Shown here piece by piece: positions 8,985-17,641 of a stretch of 37,601 nucleotides of DNA; position 1 is the first letter of the stretch; each line of letters starts with the position of its first letter. Under the pieces are notes generated by a model that was given only the letters and a program-made list of their open reading frames with translations, was not told the origin of the DNA and ran no database searches. The translations under genes were made by a program, and so were the position numbers. The stretch is from a bacterium (GTDB taxonomy: Bacteria; Electryoneota; Electryoneia; Electryoneales; Electryoneaceae): positions 1 to 37,601 of the forward strand of contig JAZDLX010000193.1 of the NCBI GenBank assembly GCA_043801585.1. The letters are read 5' to 3'.

Positions 8985-9107
8985 TTGCAGGAAAATGTAC
9001 CATGTACTTTTTTTCGTTCAGGATGATTGTTCGACCTCGCATGCAAAAAGGTAACTGGTACATTTTCCTGCTCTCTGGCAACACCCGAAAACATATGAAC
9101 CGGTCCA
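8985..9107 (-). repeat. About 125-bp MITE/REPIN-like element (AAAATGTACC family), copy A
   Basis: Internal arms GCAGGAAAATGTACC.../...GGTACATTTTCCTGC (8987-9071). The whole segment aligns to 11169-11293 in inverted orientation at roughly 85% identity (by eye). Confidence 0.85.
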
Positions 9108-9280
9108 ATGGTTTTCTGTAGGATGCAGTAAAATTTCCAGGGTTGCAACCGTTTCTCGTCCGGGCGGAGAACGCTCCTTTTCCTCCAGAAGCTCTGAGAC
9201 TCCGGGAGATGCGGCTGCGCCCAACCGCTCCTTACATTCGTCACTTCCGCCCGTCGGCGAGGTTTCGCTTCGAATGCCGC

Positions 9281-9309
9281 TTGCGAGGGGTGGGGGTGGC
9301 CTCTATATT
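9281..9309 (+). promoter_or_regulatory. Putative sigma70 promoter of the PpiD-like gene
   Basis: TTGCGA, 17 nt, TATATT. Confidence 0.55.
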
Positions 9310-9356
9310 CCGCCGATGTGTTGAACTTTAGTACTCTTACAAAAGGTGATCCCATC

Positions 9357-11168
9357 ATGATGTCAACCCTTCGCAAGAACACCGCCACGGTTCTTTGGAT
9401 TCTGGTGTTCGCGTTTATTGGGACGATCATTTTCTCCTGGGGTATGGGCGGCTTCAAAGGCCGTATCGAACCGGGTATCGTGGGCAAGGTCAATGGTGTC
9501 AAAATCACCCGCGATCAGTACGATCAGGCAATCCAGAATCAATTCAACAGTGAGCGTCAGCAGTCTGACAACCAGGATCTGAGCTCCACCCGTTCCGACC
9601 AGGTACGTTCCGAAGTCTGGGAAAACATGGTCAATAACATCCTTCTCGAGCAGGCTCAGCGCGAAGCGGGGATTACGGTCACGGACAAGGAACTGGCAAC
9701 CGCGGTGCGCCAGATGCCTCCACAGACGATTGTGCAAAATCAGTCATTCCGCGACAGCCTGGGAAATTTCAACTGGAACCTGTATCATCAGATGCTCTCG
9801 GATCCGAACTATGTCAACCTGGTGATCCAGATTGAACAGGATGTCCACCGAACTCTGCTGCAGCAGAAACTACTCCGCCGCATTGCGGCGTTTGACATCA
9901 CCAGCATCGATGAGGCGAAAAACGCCTGGGAGCACGAGAAAAGCACGGTGGAAGCAAGTTACGTGCTTGTGCCCGCGCGTGATATGGAAGTGGACAGCTC
10001 CGAAATCACGGAAGCTCAACTTCGCAAACTGTACGAGGAGAAGAAAGACGAATTTAAAACGGACGCTTCCGCCTCGATCACCTATGTGATGATGCCCGAT
10101 GTCCCTTCCCGTGACGACACCACGGAGGCTCGCAACCTGGTCGAACGGTTGATCTCCCGCATACGAAACGGCGAGAATTTTGCCGATCTCGCGAAAGAAT
10201 TCAGCGAGGATATCTCGAACTCCGGCCAGGGCGGCGACCTTGGCTGGTTTGGCAAGGGACGAATGGCGAAACCGTTCGAAGAGGCTGCATTCAACGCGAA
10301 GCCCGGCGAGGTGGTCGGTCCTGTGCTGACACAATTCGGTTACCATGCGATCTACATCGAGGGATTCCATACCCGGGATGGCGAACGCGAGGTTCACGCC
10401 CGCCACATTCTGATCAAAATCGAGCGCAGCCTGGAGACACTTGACGACCTCCGCACGCGCGCCGAAGGCTTCCAGGAGGAGGCTCGCGAATCCGGATTTG
10501 TGGAGGCCGCGAAAGTGTACAACCTGAGCATCGATACGCTCAAGCGTGTGATGCGCCAGGGGATCGATCCAGTGCTCGGCAGCAACCGCGCCGCCCGCGA
10601 ATTCCTCTTCAACCGTCCCAAGGGCGAGATCAGCCCCGCCTACAACGTCCGCAACGGCATCGTCGTCTTCCGCTCCCTGGAAATTAAAAAAGCGGGAACC
10701 CGTTCCTTCGATGACGTGCGGATGATCCTGACAAGGGATGCGAAACTCAACCTGCAGTTCGAAAAAGCCCGGGTGATCGCCAACGAGATCTATGAAAATG
10801 CTGTTGAAAAGGGCAATCTGGGACCCGCGCTTGCCGAATCGGCTTACAAATTGATTGAACCACCACGCGAATTCACGATCAATTCATTCGTTAGCGGCGT
10901 AGGCCGTGACTTCGCTTTTACCGCTATGGCCTTCACCCTCGAGCCGGGCGCGTTCTCCAAACCGGTGAAAGGAGATCGTGGGTACTACATTATTTTGCTG
11001 AAAAAGAAGAAGATGCCGGCGGATGCACAGTGGGAGAGCGCCAAAGACTCGTACCTCAAACAGCTTACGGACAAACGTCAACAGGAAATCTTCGCGCAGT
11101 GGATTAAAATGAAGCGTGATGAGGCGAAAATTCAGGATTTCCGTTACCTCTATTACACACAATATTAG
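9357..11168 (+). CDS. PpiD/SurA-like membrane-anchored periplasmic chaperone with parvulin PPIase domain
   Basis: N-terminal TM anchor (VLWILVFAFIGTIIFSWG), a SurA_N-like region and the parvulin motif FADLAKEFSED...GGDLGWF...FEEAAF...PVLTQFGYH. Confidence 0.9.
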   Translation: MMSTLRKNTATVLWILVFAFIGTIIFSWGMGGFKGRIEPGIVGKVNGVKITRDQYDQAIQNQFNSERQQSDNQDLSSTRSDQVRSEVWENMVNNILLEQAQREAGITVTDKELATAVRQMPPQTIVQNQSFRDSLGNFNWNLYHQMLSDPNYVNLVIQIEQDVHRTLLQQKLLRRIAAFDITSIDEAKNAWEHEKSTVEASYVLVPARDMEVDSSEITEAQLRKLYEEKKDEFKTDASASITYVMMPDVPSRDDTTEARNLVERLISRIRNGENFADLAKEFSEDISNSGQGGDLGWFGKGRMAKPFEEAAFNAKPGEVVGPVLTQFGYHAIYIEGFHTRDGEREVHARHILIKIERSLETLDDLRTRAEGFQEEARESGFVEAAKVYNLSIDTLKRVMRQGIDPVLGSNRAAREFLFNRPKGEISPAYNVRNGIVVFRSLEIKKAGTRSFDDVRMILTRDAKLNLQFEKARVIANEIYENAVEKGNLGPALAESAYKLIEPPREFTINSFVSGVGRDFAFTAMAFTLEPGAFSKPVKGDRGYYIILLKKKKMPADAQWESAKDSYLKQLTDKRQQEIFAQWIKMKRDEAKIQDFRYLYYTQY

Positions 11169-11293
11169 TGGACTGGTTTACATGTTTCCGGGTGTTGACA
11201 GAGAGCAGGAAAATGTACCAGGTACCTTTTCACATTCGAGGTCGAACAAGGATTCTGAGCGGGAATAAAAGTACCTGGTACATTTTCCTGCAA
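11169..11293 (+). repeat. About 125-bp MITE/REPIN-like element, copy B
   Basis: Starts directly after the TAG at 11168. Internal arms span 11205-11291. Inverted homolog of 8985-9107. Confidence 0.85.
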
Positions 11294-11407
11294 GCTCCTT
11301 GGTCTCAAAACGGATACCTGACTGTGGAAAAGATGGCAGATAACTCAGAACAGGTGATCCGGCCCTCTAGCGCCGTTTCAGATTCGGATTGCTCGCAGCC
11401 ACTTCAC

Positions 11408-11457
11408 GTGGCGCGGGCCTCCGTGCCCTCGATGGCGGCCAGGGACGACCGCCCCAC
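11408..11457. repeat. GTGG-type REP doublet (degenerate)
   Basis: GTGGCGCGGGCCTCCGTGCCC followed by the reverse complement of GTGGGGCGGTCGTCCCTGGCCGCC. Both have the GTRG-plus-hairpin REP architecture. Confidence 0.5.
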
Positions 11458-11534
11458 TTCTGCACACTCCAACTGAATCTGAAACAGCACAAGAGTATAT
11501 TGCGGCCCACCGCATCTTTTGACTGAGCTTTCGG

Positions 11535-11560
11535 CCGGGGCTTGCAAGCCCCGGTTTTTC
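11535..11560 (+). terminator. Intrinsic-terminator-like hairpin upstream of the ABC transporter
   Basis: CCGGGGCT-TGCA-AGCCCCGG followed by TTTTT. Confidence 0.55.
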
Positions 11561-11595
11561 GTCCCGTCGCGACGGGACCAATGCTGGAGTCAGCC

Positions 11596-12519
11596 ATGCG
11601 TTTCAGGCGACATCTCTTACTCCCCCTTGCGGCATGGTTGATCGTACTCCTTTTGGCAAGTGGATGCAGTCAGAGAGGGAAAGGTTCCGGAACCCTGATC
11701 GTAACATCGTTTCTTCCTGTCCAGGACCTGGTGCTCGATCTCGCCGGAGACTTCTCGGATGTGCGTGTGACAAACCTCGCCCCGACAGGCGCGGGATGCC
11801 CCAATCATTACACCCTGACTCCCGGCGACCTGGCTCTCGTTCATCAAGCGGACATCGTGGTGACTCACGGCCTCGGGATGGATGGATGGCTCAAACGCCG
11901 GAAGACGGATCGTGACACGTCATCCTGGTTCGTGCTCGCCGACACGTTGAAGGACCTTTACCCTGACGTCAAAACCCTCGAGTCCAACGAGGAACACAAT
12001 GCCCCGCGTCCTCACACATGGGTGGCTCCTGATCTACTGGCGCGGGAAGCGCTGTTCCTCGGCGGCCACCTTGCTGCGACGATGCCGCAACATGCAGATA
12101 CGATCCTCGCCCGGGCACGCATACTCGCTGCGACTCTGGACAGCCTGCACGGGCAATACCGTTCTCTTGCGGATTCAGCGTGTCATCCGGAAATCGCATC
12201 GTTCCACACATCGTTCAATGTGCTTGCCGAGCGGACCGGACTCAGGGTCGGCCTTGTGCTGCAAAACGATCCCGACGTCCCCCCCGGTCCGCAGGAAACA
12301 GCAAAAGCGATCGACGCCCTGAAGAACGGCCGCTTTGCAGCGTTGATTTCCGAACCCCAGATCAATCCGCGATTCGTCCTCAGTGTGCAGAAAGAGTCGG
12401 GCAAAACGGTCTACACTCTCGACCCGGTGGTCACGGGGGATCCGGCGCGTGGCGCCCTGTTGATCGCGCAGCGGGACAATCTCGCCGAGCTTCGGGAAGC
12501 GTTGGGAGTAACTCAGTGA
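11596..12519 (+). CDS. Zn/Mn ABC transporter substrate-binding lipoprotein (ZnuA/TroA family)
   Basis: Lipobox LASGC, GCPNHYTLTPGD, HGLGMDGW, PHTWVAP, FHTSF and LDPV. GGAG RBS before the ATG at 11596. Confidence 0.88.
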   Translation: MRFRRHLLLPLAAWLIVLLLASGCSQRGKGSGTLIVTSFLPVQDLVLDLAGDFSDVRVTNLAPTGAGCPNHYTLTPGDLALVHQADIVVTHGLGMDGWLKRRKTDRDTSSWFVLADTLKDLYPDVKTLESNEEHNAPRPHTWVAPDLLAREALFLGGHLAATMPQHADTILARARILAATLDSLHGQYRSLADSACHPEIASFHTSFNVLAERTGLRVGLVLQNDPDVPPGPQETAKAIDALKNGRFAALISEPQINPRFVLSVQKESGKTVYTLDPVVTGDPARGALLIAQRDNLAELREALGVTQ

Positions 12520-13274
12520 GTGTGACCGTATACATCGAGGATCTTCACGTCACCTTTGGAAGCCGTACCGTCCTCGACGGCGTCACCATGACTCTGAAGG
12601 GCGGAGAACTGAACGCTCTGATCGGCCCCAACGGCGCCGGAAAGACAACCCTCGTGCACGCTCTTCTGGGATTCCTCCCCTTCGAGGGACGCATCCGCTA
12701 TCAAGGATTGAATTGCAGTCCAAGAATCGGTTACGTCCCCCAGAATACCTCCATTGAACCCGGCGCACCGTTGACCACAACCGATTTTCTAGCCAGTGGA
12801 CTTTCACACAGACCTGTCTGGAGCGGCGTCGGGATCGCAGCAAGGGAAACCATCGAAACAGTGCTCGCCGATGTTGGCATCCCCTCCCTGACGCAAAACC
12901 GCCTTGACAGCCTCTCGGGCGGAGAGTTTCAGCGGGTGCTGCTCGCCCAAGCGCTGCTGCGCCGGCCGGACCTGCTGATTTTGGACGAGCCAAACACCGG
13001 AATGGACATCATCGGCCATCAACTGTTCTGCGGACTCGTCGAAAAGATCCACCGTGAACACGGCACCACCACTCTTCTGATCACCCACGACCTCGGTGTA
13101 GTCGCGGATCACGCCCACCGCGTGGTGGGAATCAACCAACGGGTACTGTTCGAGGGGCCGGTTCCGGATGTGCTGAGTGAGGAAAACCTGGTGCAACTGT
13201 TCGGACCGCACACCTATGGCTGGCAATCGCTCGCCGACCACCACCGTCACAAGGTCAACGGGGAGCAGACGTGA
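12516..13274 (+). CDS. Metal ABC transporter ATP-binding protein (ZnuC-like)
   Basis: Walker A GPNGAGKTT, signature LSGGEFQR, Walker B LLILDEP and a His-rich tail. The GTG start overlaps the upstream stop (GTGA). Confidence 0.92.
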   Translation: MSVTVYIEDLHVTFGSRTVLDGVTMTLKGGELNALIGPNGAGKTTLVHALLGFLPFEGRIRYQGLNCSPRIGYVPQNTSIEPGAPLTTTDFLASGLSHRPVWSGVGIAARETIETVLADVGIPSLTQNRLDSLSGGEFQRVLLAQALLRRPDLLILDEPNTGMDIIGHQLFCGLVEKIHREHGTTTLLITHDLGVVADHAHRVVGINQRVLFEGPVPDVLSEENLVQLFGPHTYGWQSLADHHRHKVNGEQT

Positions 13275-14101
13275 GCGACGTTCTCTCATCTCTGACCGGC
13301 TGGACATCCCAACCCTTCATGCTCCGTGCACTGCTCGCACTGGTGCTGCTCGCTCCGGCTTGCGCGGCACTGGGCGTCCATGTCGTCTCATTCAGGATGG
13401 CGTTTTTCTCGGACGCCATCAGCCACAGCGTTTTTACCGGCATCGCACTGGGACTGCTTCTATCCCTGGACGTCCAGCTGAGCACCATCGTTTTCGGACT
13501 GCTGCTTGGCGTCTTGCTGATCCAGCTCGGACGTCACAGCTCGCTTTCCCGCGACGCGCTGATCGCGGTTCTGCTGGCGATCGCCATGTCGCTGGGCATC
13601 GTCATCGTGAGCATGCGGAAAGGGCTTGTGCAGCAGTTTCAGGCGGTGCTTTACGGCGACATCCTGACCCTCACCTCGCTGGATGTGGCACTGACCGGGA
13701 TTGTGCTGCTCGGCACCCTCATCTTCGAACTGGTTGCATTCAACAAACTGCTGCTGATCTCCACAAGCGAGGCACTCGCGCGAACCCATGGGATCCGCGC
13801 TCAGATCTGGGAAACGCTGCTCGCTCTGTGGGTGGCGGTTGTCGCCCTCATCGGCCTACGGCTTGTCGGCCTGCTGATGGTCACCTCCCTGATGGTCGTG
13901 CCTGCCGCCGCTGCGCGAAATCTGGCCAGGGGCGCGAGGGGTGCGTTGATCTGGAGCGTCATTATAGCGGAGCTCTCATCCGTTGCCGGCCTCGCCGCGT
14001 CCTGGGCGCTTGACAGTGCCACAGGGGCGACCGTGATCCTCGTCGCGGCAGTCCTCTTTCTCGCCACTCTCCCATTCGGTTCGCGAGTCCGCCGTTCCTG
14101 A
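13271..14101 (+). CDS. Metal ABC transporter permease (ZnuB/ABC-3 family)
   Basis: FRMAFFSDAISH, LYGDIL and VVPAAAAR motifs with multiple TM segments. 4-nt overlap with the ATPase gene. Confidence 0.92.
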   Translation: MSDVLSSLTGWTSQPFMLRALLALVLLAPACAALGVHVVSFRMAFFSDAISHSVFTGIALGLLLSLDVQLSTIVFGLLLGVLLIQLGRHSSLSRDALIAVLLAIAMSLGIVIVSMRKGLVQQFQAVLYGDILTLTSLDVALTGIVLLGTLIFELVAFNKLLLISTSEALARTHGIRAQIWETLLALWVAVVALIGLRLVGLLMVTSLMVVPAAAARNLARGARGALIWSVIIAELSSVAGLAASWALDSATGATVILVAAVLFLATLPFGSRVRRS

Positions 14102-14181
14102 ACCACCTGCGTGCCAGTCACAACAGGATTTCCACGTTCGGGGCACTTTTCCCTGTCTGCGCACCTTACGATCTTCACTTG

Positions 14182-14262
14182 AATAAATGTACCTGGTACA
14201 TTTTATAGCCAGTATTTACGCGGTTATTCGGGCAAATTAAAATTGTACCTGGTACATTTATT
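14182..14262. repeat. Paired TGTACCTGGTACA palindromes (AAAATGTACC family)
   Basis: AATAAATGTACCTGGTACATTTTA (14182-14205) and TAAAATTGTACCTGGTACATTTATT (14238-14262). The core matches the arms of the 8985 and 11169 elements. Confidence 0.8.
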
Positions 14263-14926
14263 ACTTGCCATTTCAAATCCAGAAACATCACGGTAAAAGG
14301 CAAGTGGTGCGAGCCTCTTATACCTCGAAGGTGACCAGGGACAGCCGCCTCTTTTCTACACACTCTGACCAAATCTGAAACGGTACGGGTACAGGCATCA
14401 TCGCGAATCTTTCCACTCGGCATGAAGCTCCATGAATTGTGTGTAAACCAATGAAAACACATGGATTCTTCAGGCCTAAGAATCAGCATTCAATATGGCC
14501 TGTCAGTGCCTTTTCCCCTTCGATTTTAACGGTCTCGACCATCCATTCTTCAATGGTTCAAAGAGAAATTTGCCTCATCACGCGGGCTGTTCATTTTCGA
14601 TCCGAATGGATAATGATGTCTGGCACTCGATGGCTCTCCACCCAGCGCTTAGGAGACCTTAGAAGTTCGCTTGTGACTATCAGAGTAACAAGAAAATGAA
14701 TAATGATTACAAACAGACATCAGGCAATGTTTCACTTTTAAATGCTTTTGTAGGAGCTCAACGTTGAGTCATCTCCGGGAGATCATGCACTCAGAGATGA
14801 TTTAATCCTCATTCTTTTACTTGCATCTCCCACAAACTCAAATCGATATTGATGTATTCCTGCTTTGAGCAATTGGGTACACGGGGAGCGTCAATCTACA
14901 CACCCGCACAGAGAAAGGTGCTTTTT

Positions 14927-15151
14927 ATGTCCACGAAACACACCAGCGACCGCAAATACGCGGAAGACATGGGCCTGACAGTCGAACAGGTTCGCAAGAT
15001 GGTGAAGCGGCTTGATATTTCCTTCTTTTCGAGCGGCAAAGGCGACACCATGGTGTACATGTTTGATGCCGACGAATTGAACAACAAGTTGGCGGAAAGC
15101 AAGAAGAGCAAGAAGGATCGCAAGCGCGGCCCGCGTCGTCGTTCTTCCTGA
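14927..15151 (+). CDS. Small basic protein (74 aa), putative MerR/excisionase-like HTH DNA-binding protein
   Basis: AGAAAGGTG RBS before the ATG at 14927. KYAEDMGLTVEQVRKMVKRLDI is HTH-like and VYMFDADEL is wing-like. Basic tail KKSKKDRKRGPRRRSS. Confidence 0.65.
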   Translation: MSTKHTSDRKYAEDMGLTVEQVRKMVKRLDISFFSSGKGDTMVYMFDADELNNKLAESKKSKKDRKRGPRRRSS

Positions 15152-15345
15152 TGTCGCTTTCACGCTTGATCCTTGATATTCCTTGCGAATGAAGCACCAG
15201 TTGGATGATTTCAGCGTCCTCCCGGTGGGAGGACGTTTTGTGTTTAACCTGCTGACAAATGGTACTGGCTCGAAGCATCCGATCAGGTTTCAGAGAAAAC
15301 AAGTGAACCGTGTCGGGCAAGCCGACAGGGCCAATTCCGTTAATT

Positions 15346-15389
15346 GTCATTGCAAGGAATACTGACACTTCGGCATGACGAAGCAATCT
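15346..15389. repeat. GTCATTGC...GCAATCT palindromic repeat unit
   Basis: GTCATTGCAAGGA-ATACTGACACTTCGGCAT-GACGAAGCAATCT. The cap differs by 3 nt from ATGCCGACGCTTCGGCAT at 22381. Confidence 0.6.
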
Positions 15390-15512
15390 CGTTGTTCCCG
15401 TTAGTGAAGTAGGCCGGGGTTTGCAGACACCATGTGTCTGTGAGCTTCGCGAACAGAATGTTCGCTTCGGTTCCGAACCCGGCTTCAGATCATCCTGACA
15501 CCGCACCTTTTC

Positions 15513-15547
15513 GTCATCCTGATCCCGAAGGGTCGGGAGAAGGATCT
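15513..15547. repeat. GTCATCCTGA...GAAGGATCT palindromic repeat unit
   Basis: GTCATCCTGA-TCCCGAAGGGTCGGGA-GAAGGATCT. Confidence 0.75.
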
Positions 15548-15595
15548 CTCGATGTGACTCTCTCTAACATTTTCGAGAACGGGAGGCCAAACACT

Positions 15596-15627
15596 AAAAA
15601 CGCCGTTTCGATCGCTCGAAACGGCGT
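15596..15627 (-). terminator. Intrinsic terminator of the mevalonate/FKBP operon
   Basis: 12-bp stem ACGCCGTTTCGA/TCGAAACGGCGT with an A-run on the plus strand (U-tract on minus), 23 nt after the FKBP stop. Confidence 0.75.
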
Positions 15628-15650
15628 CATTTCACTTACAAAATGCCCGG

Positions 15651-16154
15651 CTACTTGGCGTCGAGCACCTCGACCTCGAACACCAGGGTCGCTCCCGGCG
15701 GGATCATACCGCCCGCGCCACGCTGTCCGTAGGCGAGTTCCGGGGGCAACACCAGGATGCGAGTTTCGCCGATTTTCATCGCGGAAACACCCAGATCCCA
15801 GCCACGAATTACCTGTCCGCCACCTGTCCTGAACTGGAAGGGTTGACCACGATCCTTGCTGCTGTCGAATTTGCGGCCATCGGTCAGCCATCCGATGTAA
15901 TGCACCGTCGCGGTCTTTCCGTTGCCGACCGGTTCTCCTTCGCCTTCCTTCGTCACCGCGTATTGCAGCCCTTCCGGACCATCAACGAGATTCAGTGTTT
16001 TCAGATCCGGCATGTCGGTCTTCATCGCTTGTGTCTCCTGTTCGGTTGTCGGCGTATCGGATTTTGTGGTCTGTTCCGATTTTGCTTTGTTTTTACCGCC
16101 GCAACCGACGGCCAGCACCGCCACCAGCAGCGTCGCGATCATCCACGTCCGCAT
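15651..16154 (-). CDS. FKBP-type peptidyl-prolyl isomerase, lipoprotein
   Basis: Lipobox LAVGC, VHYIGWLTDGRKFDSS, VIRGWDLG, AYGQRG and IPPGATLVFEVE. Confidence 0.93.
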   Translation of the reverse strand: MRTWMIATLLVAVLAVGCGGKNKAKSEQTTKSDTPTTEQETQAMKTDMPDLKTLNLVDGPEGLQYAVTKEGEGEPVGNGKTATVHYIGWLTDGRKFDSSKDRGQPFQFRTGGGQVIRGWDLGVSAMKIGETRILVLPPELAYGQRGAGGMIPPGATLVFEVEVLDAK

Positions 16155-16207
16155 GGTTTCTCCGTTGTGTGATCGGGTCCGTTGTATCCCTGCGAACCAC
16201 GAAGTCT

Positions 16208-16699
16208 CTATTTGTATCCCTGCAACAACACCTCAAACACCAGCCAGGCATTGGGTGGAATGGGTGGTTTGGATCGGGAAATGCCCCGCTTTCCATAGGC
16301 AAGGTCCGGCGGAATGACGAGCACCCATTTGGCGCCACGCTGCATCTGACCGACCGCCTCGTCCCACCCCTTGATTACCTGTCCCGCACCGACCGTGAAT
16401 TCGATGGGTTTGCCACGTGAAAGCGAGCTGTCAAATTTCCTGCCATCCAGCAGGTAGCCGTTGTAATGGACGATGGCGGTGCTGCCAAGGGGTGGACTCA
16501 TCATCTGCTCGCCCAGCCGCACCTTCGCGATGAGCAGGCCGGTGGGTGTTTTTTCAAACGTCAGTTTCGAGAGATCGGGCATGCCCTCCGCGGTGTTCCA
16601 CTCTCCCCGTGGTGGATCGGGAAGCTGAGCAGCCGTTATCGTGGCAAGGACAAGGACCGCTACAACGGACAACCGCAGCAGACGAAGGATTCGCATCAT
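16208..16699 (-). CDS. FKBP-type peptidyl-prolyl isomerase, secreted
   Basis: Signal peptide, VHYNGYLLDGRKFDSS, VIKGWDEA and IPPNAWLVFEV. Confidence 0.93.
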   Translation of the reverse strand: MMRILRLLRLSVVAVLVLATITAAQLPDPPRGEWNTAEGMPDLSKLTFEKTPTGLLIAKVRLGEQMMSPPLGSTAIVHYNGYLLDGRKFDSSLSRGKPIEFTVGAGQVIKGWDEAVGQMQRGAKWVLVIPPDLAYGKRGISRSKPPIPPNAWLVFEVLLQGYK

Positions 16700-16714
16700 T
16701 TTCTCTCCCGGGAC

Positions 16715-17641
16715 TCAGTCAGCGTTCAGGTCTGGCGCGAGATGCAGCAAAGGTACGTCATTCAGTTCATGCCAGGGCAAATCCCCCACGAGGAGTGTGA
16801 GGTCGCCACCGCCAGCCCCTGTCGGCTTCGCCCGTCCTCCGTGCTCCACCGCCCACTCCTCCAACTCCTCTTGCTCATTCACACGCCAGGGGAGTCTCGC
16901 CATGATCGCACACTCGTCCATCCGGGCGACGAATTCATCGAAGGCATCGTACAGTTCCTCGCTACGGGCGCAGAACCAAAGGGGAGCGAGCACATCCGCG
17001 GCATCGGCAAGCCGAGCAAGTGGACCGTCCGCGAGGGGATCGCTCTGAATCCACCCCTCGAAGATATCGACGAGCGCCCGTGTGCTCGCGGGCACTCCGG
17101 TCCACGCGAGGGTCAGCGCCGGAGTACCCTCCAGCGGCTGAATCGGCACGGCATCGACTCCTGAAAGACTCAATCGATAGGTGATCGGACCACCCATCGC
17201 ACACGCCCACACGTCCGCTCCGCTCCCTTTTCCACCCTGAGCACGGCTGTGGGCATCCGCTGCGAGGGAGGCGACCTCACGGCGCCGCTCCTTCCACAGC
17301 AGACCTGCCCGTTCATGGCGCAGCGCAATGATTCCCACCGCTTCCGCCGCGGAGGAGCCGATCCCCAGTTTCCGGACCTCTCCCTCCGGGCCTGCTGCCT
17401 GAAATTCTGCCCGGTCGATGACGACCGATGTCAGGGGGTCATCAGCTTCGAAACCGGCAAGCGCAGGAATCTTCTGTTTCAGCGCCTCTTCCACGACGGG
17501 GGAAGGTGTTTCAACTGCTTGTCCTTCGCGGACGGTCAGCCACCGATCCACCGGTGCGAGAGCGGCCGTGCCGCCGTGCATCACCGCGTATTCCCCGGAT
17601 AGCATCACCTTGCCGGGCACGTGGACAACGGGCGCGGTCAT
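16715..17641 (-). CDS. Phosphomevalonate kinase (GHMP kinase)
   Basis: PGKVMLSGEYAV, KLGIGSSAA, QGGKGSGAD and KPTGAGGGD. Overlaps mvaD within a mevalonate operon. Confidence 0.82.
   Translation of the reverse strand: MTAPVVHVPGKVMLSGEYAVMHGGTAALAPVDRWLTVREGQAVETPSPVVEEALKQKIPALAGFEADDPLTSVVIDRAEFQAAGPEGEVRKLGIGSSAAEAVGIIALRHERAGLLWKERRREVASLAADAHSRAQGGKGSGADVWACAMGGPITYRLSLSGVDAVPIQPLEGTPALTLAWTGVPASTRALVDIFEGWIQSDPLADGPLARLADAADVLAPLWFCARSEELYDAFDEFVARMDECAIMARLPWRVNEQEELEEWAVEHGGRAKPTGAGGGDLTLLVGDLPWHELNDVPLLHLAPDLNAD

Noticed and set aside
12180..12515. N-terminal extension of the ABC ATPase ORF (similarly 31591-31653 for ribF, 29991-30032 for DHH, 32961-33014 for pnp)
   Set aside because: These overlap upstream genes or lie before the RBS. 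Downstream coupled starts fit the family lengths better.
14270..14830. Possible replication origin in the AT-rich gap (also 5340-5520)
   Set aside because: I found no cluster of TTATCCACA-type DnaA boxes and no dnaA/gidA context.
14845..14920. Possible c-di-GMP-II or other riboswitch in the leader of the small HTH-like gene
   Set aside because: Only fragments resemble the consensus (TGATG, AATTGGGTAC). The 3' GTGCAACC/pseudoknot region is not evident. An Infernal scan would be needed.
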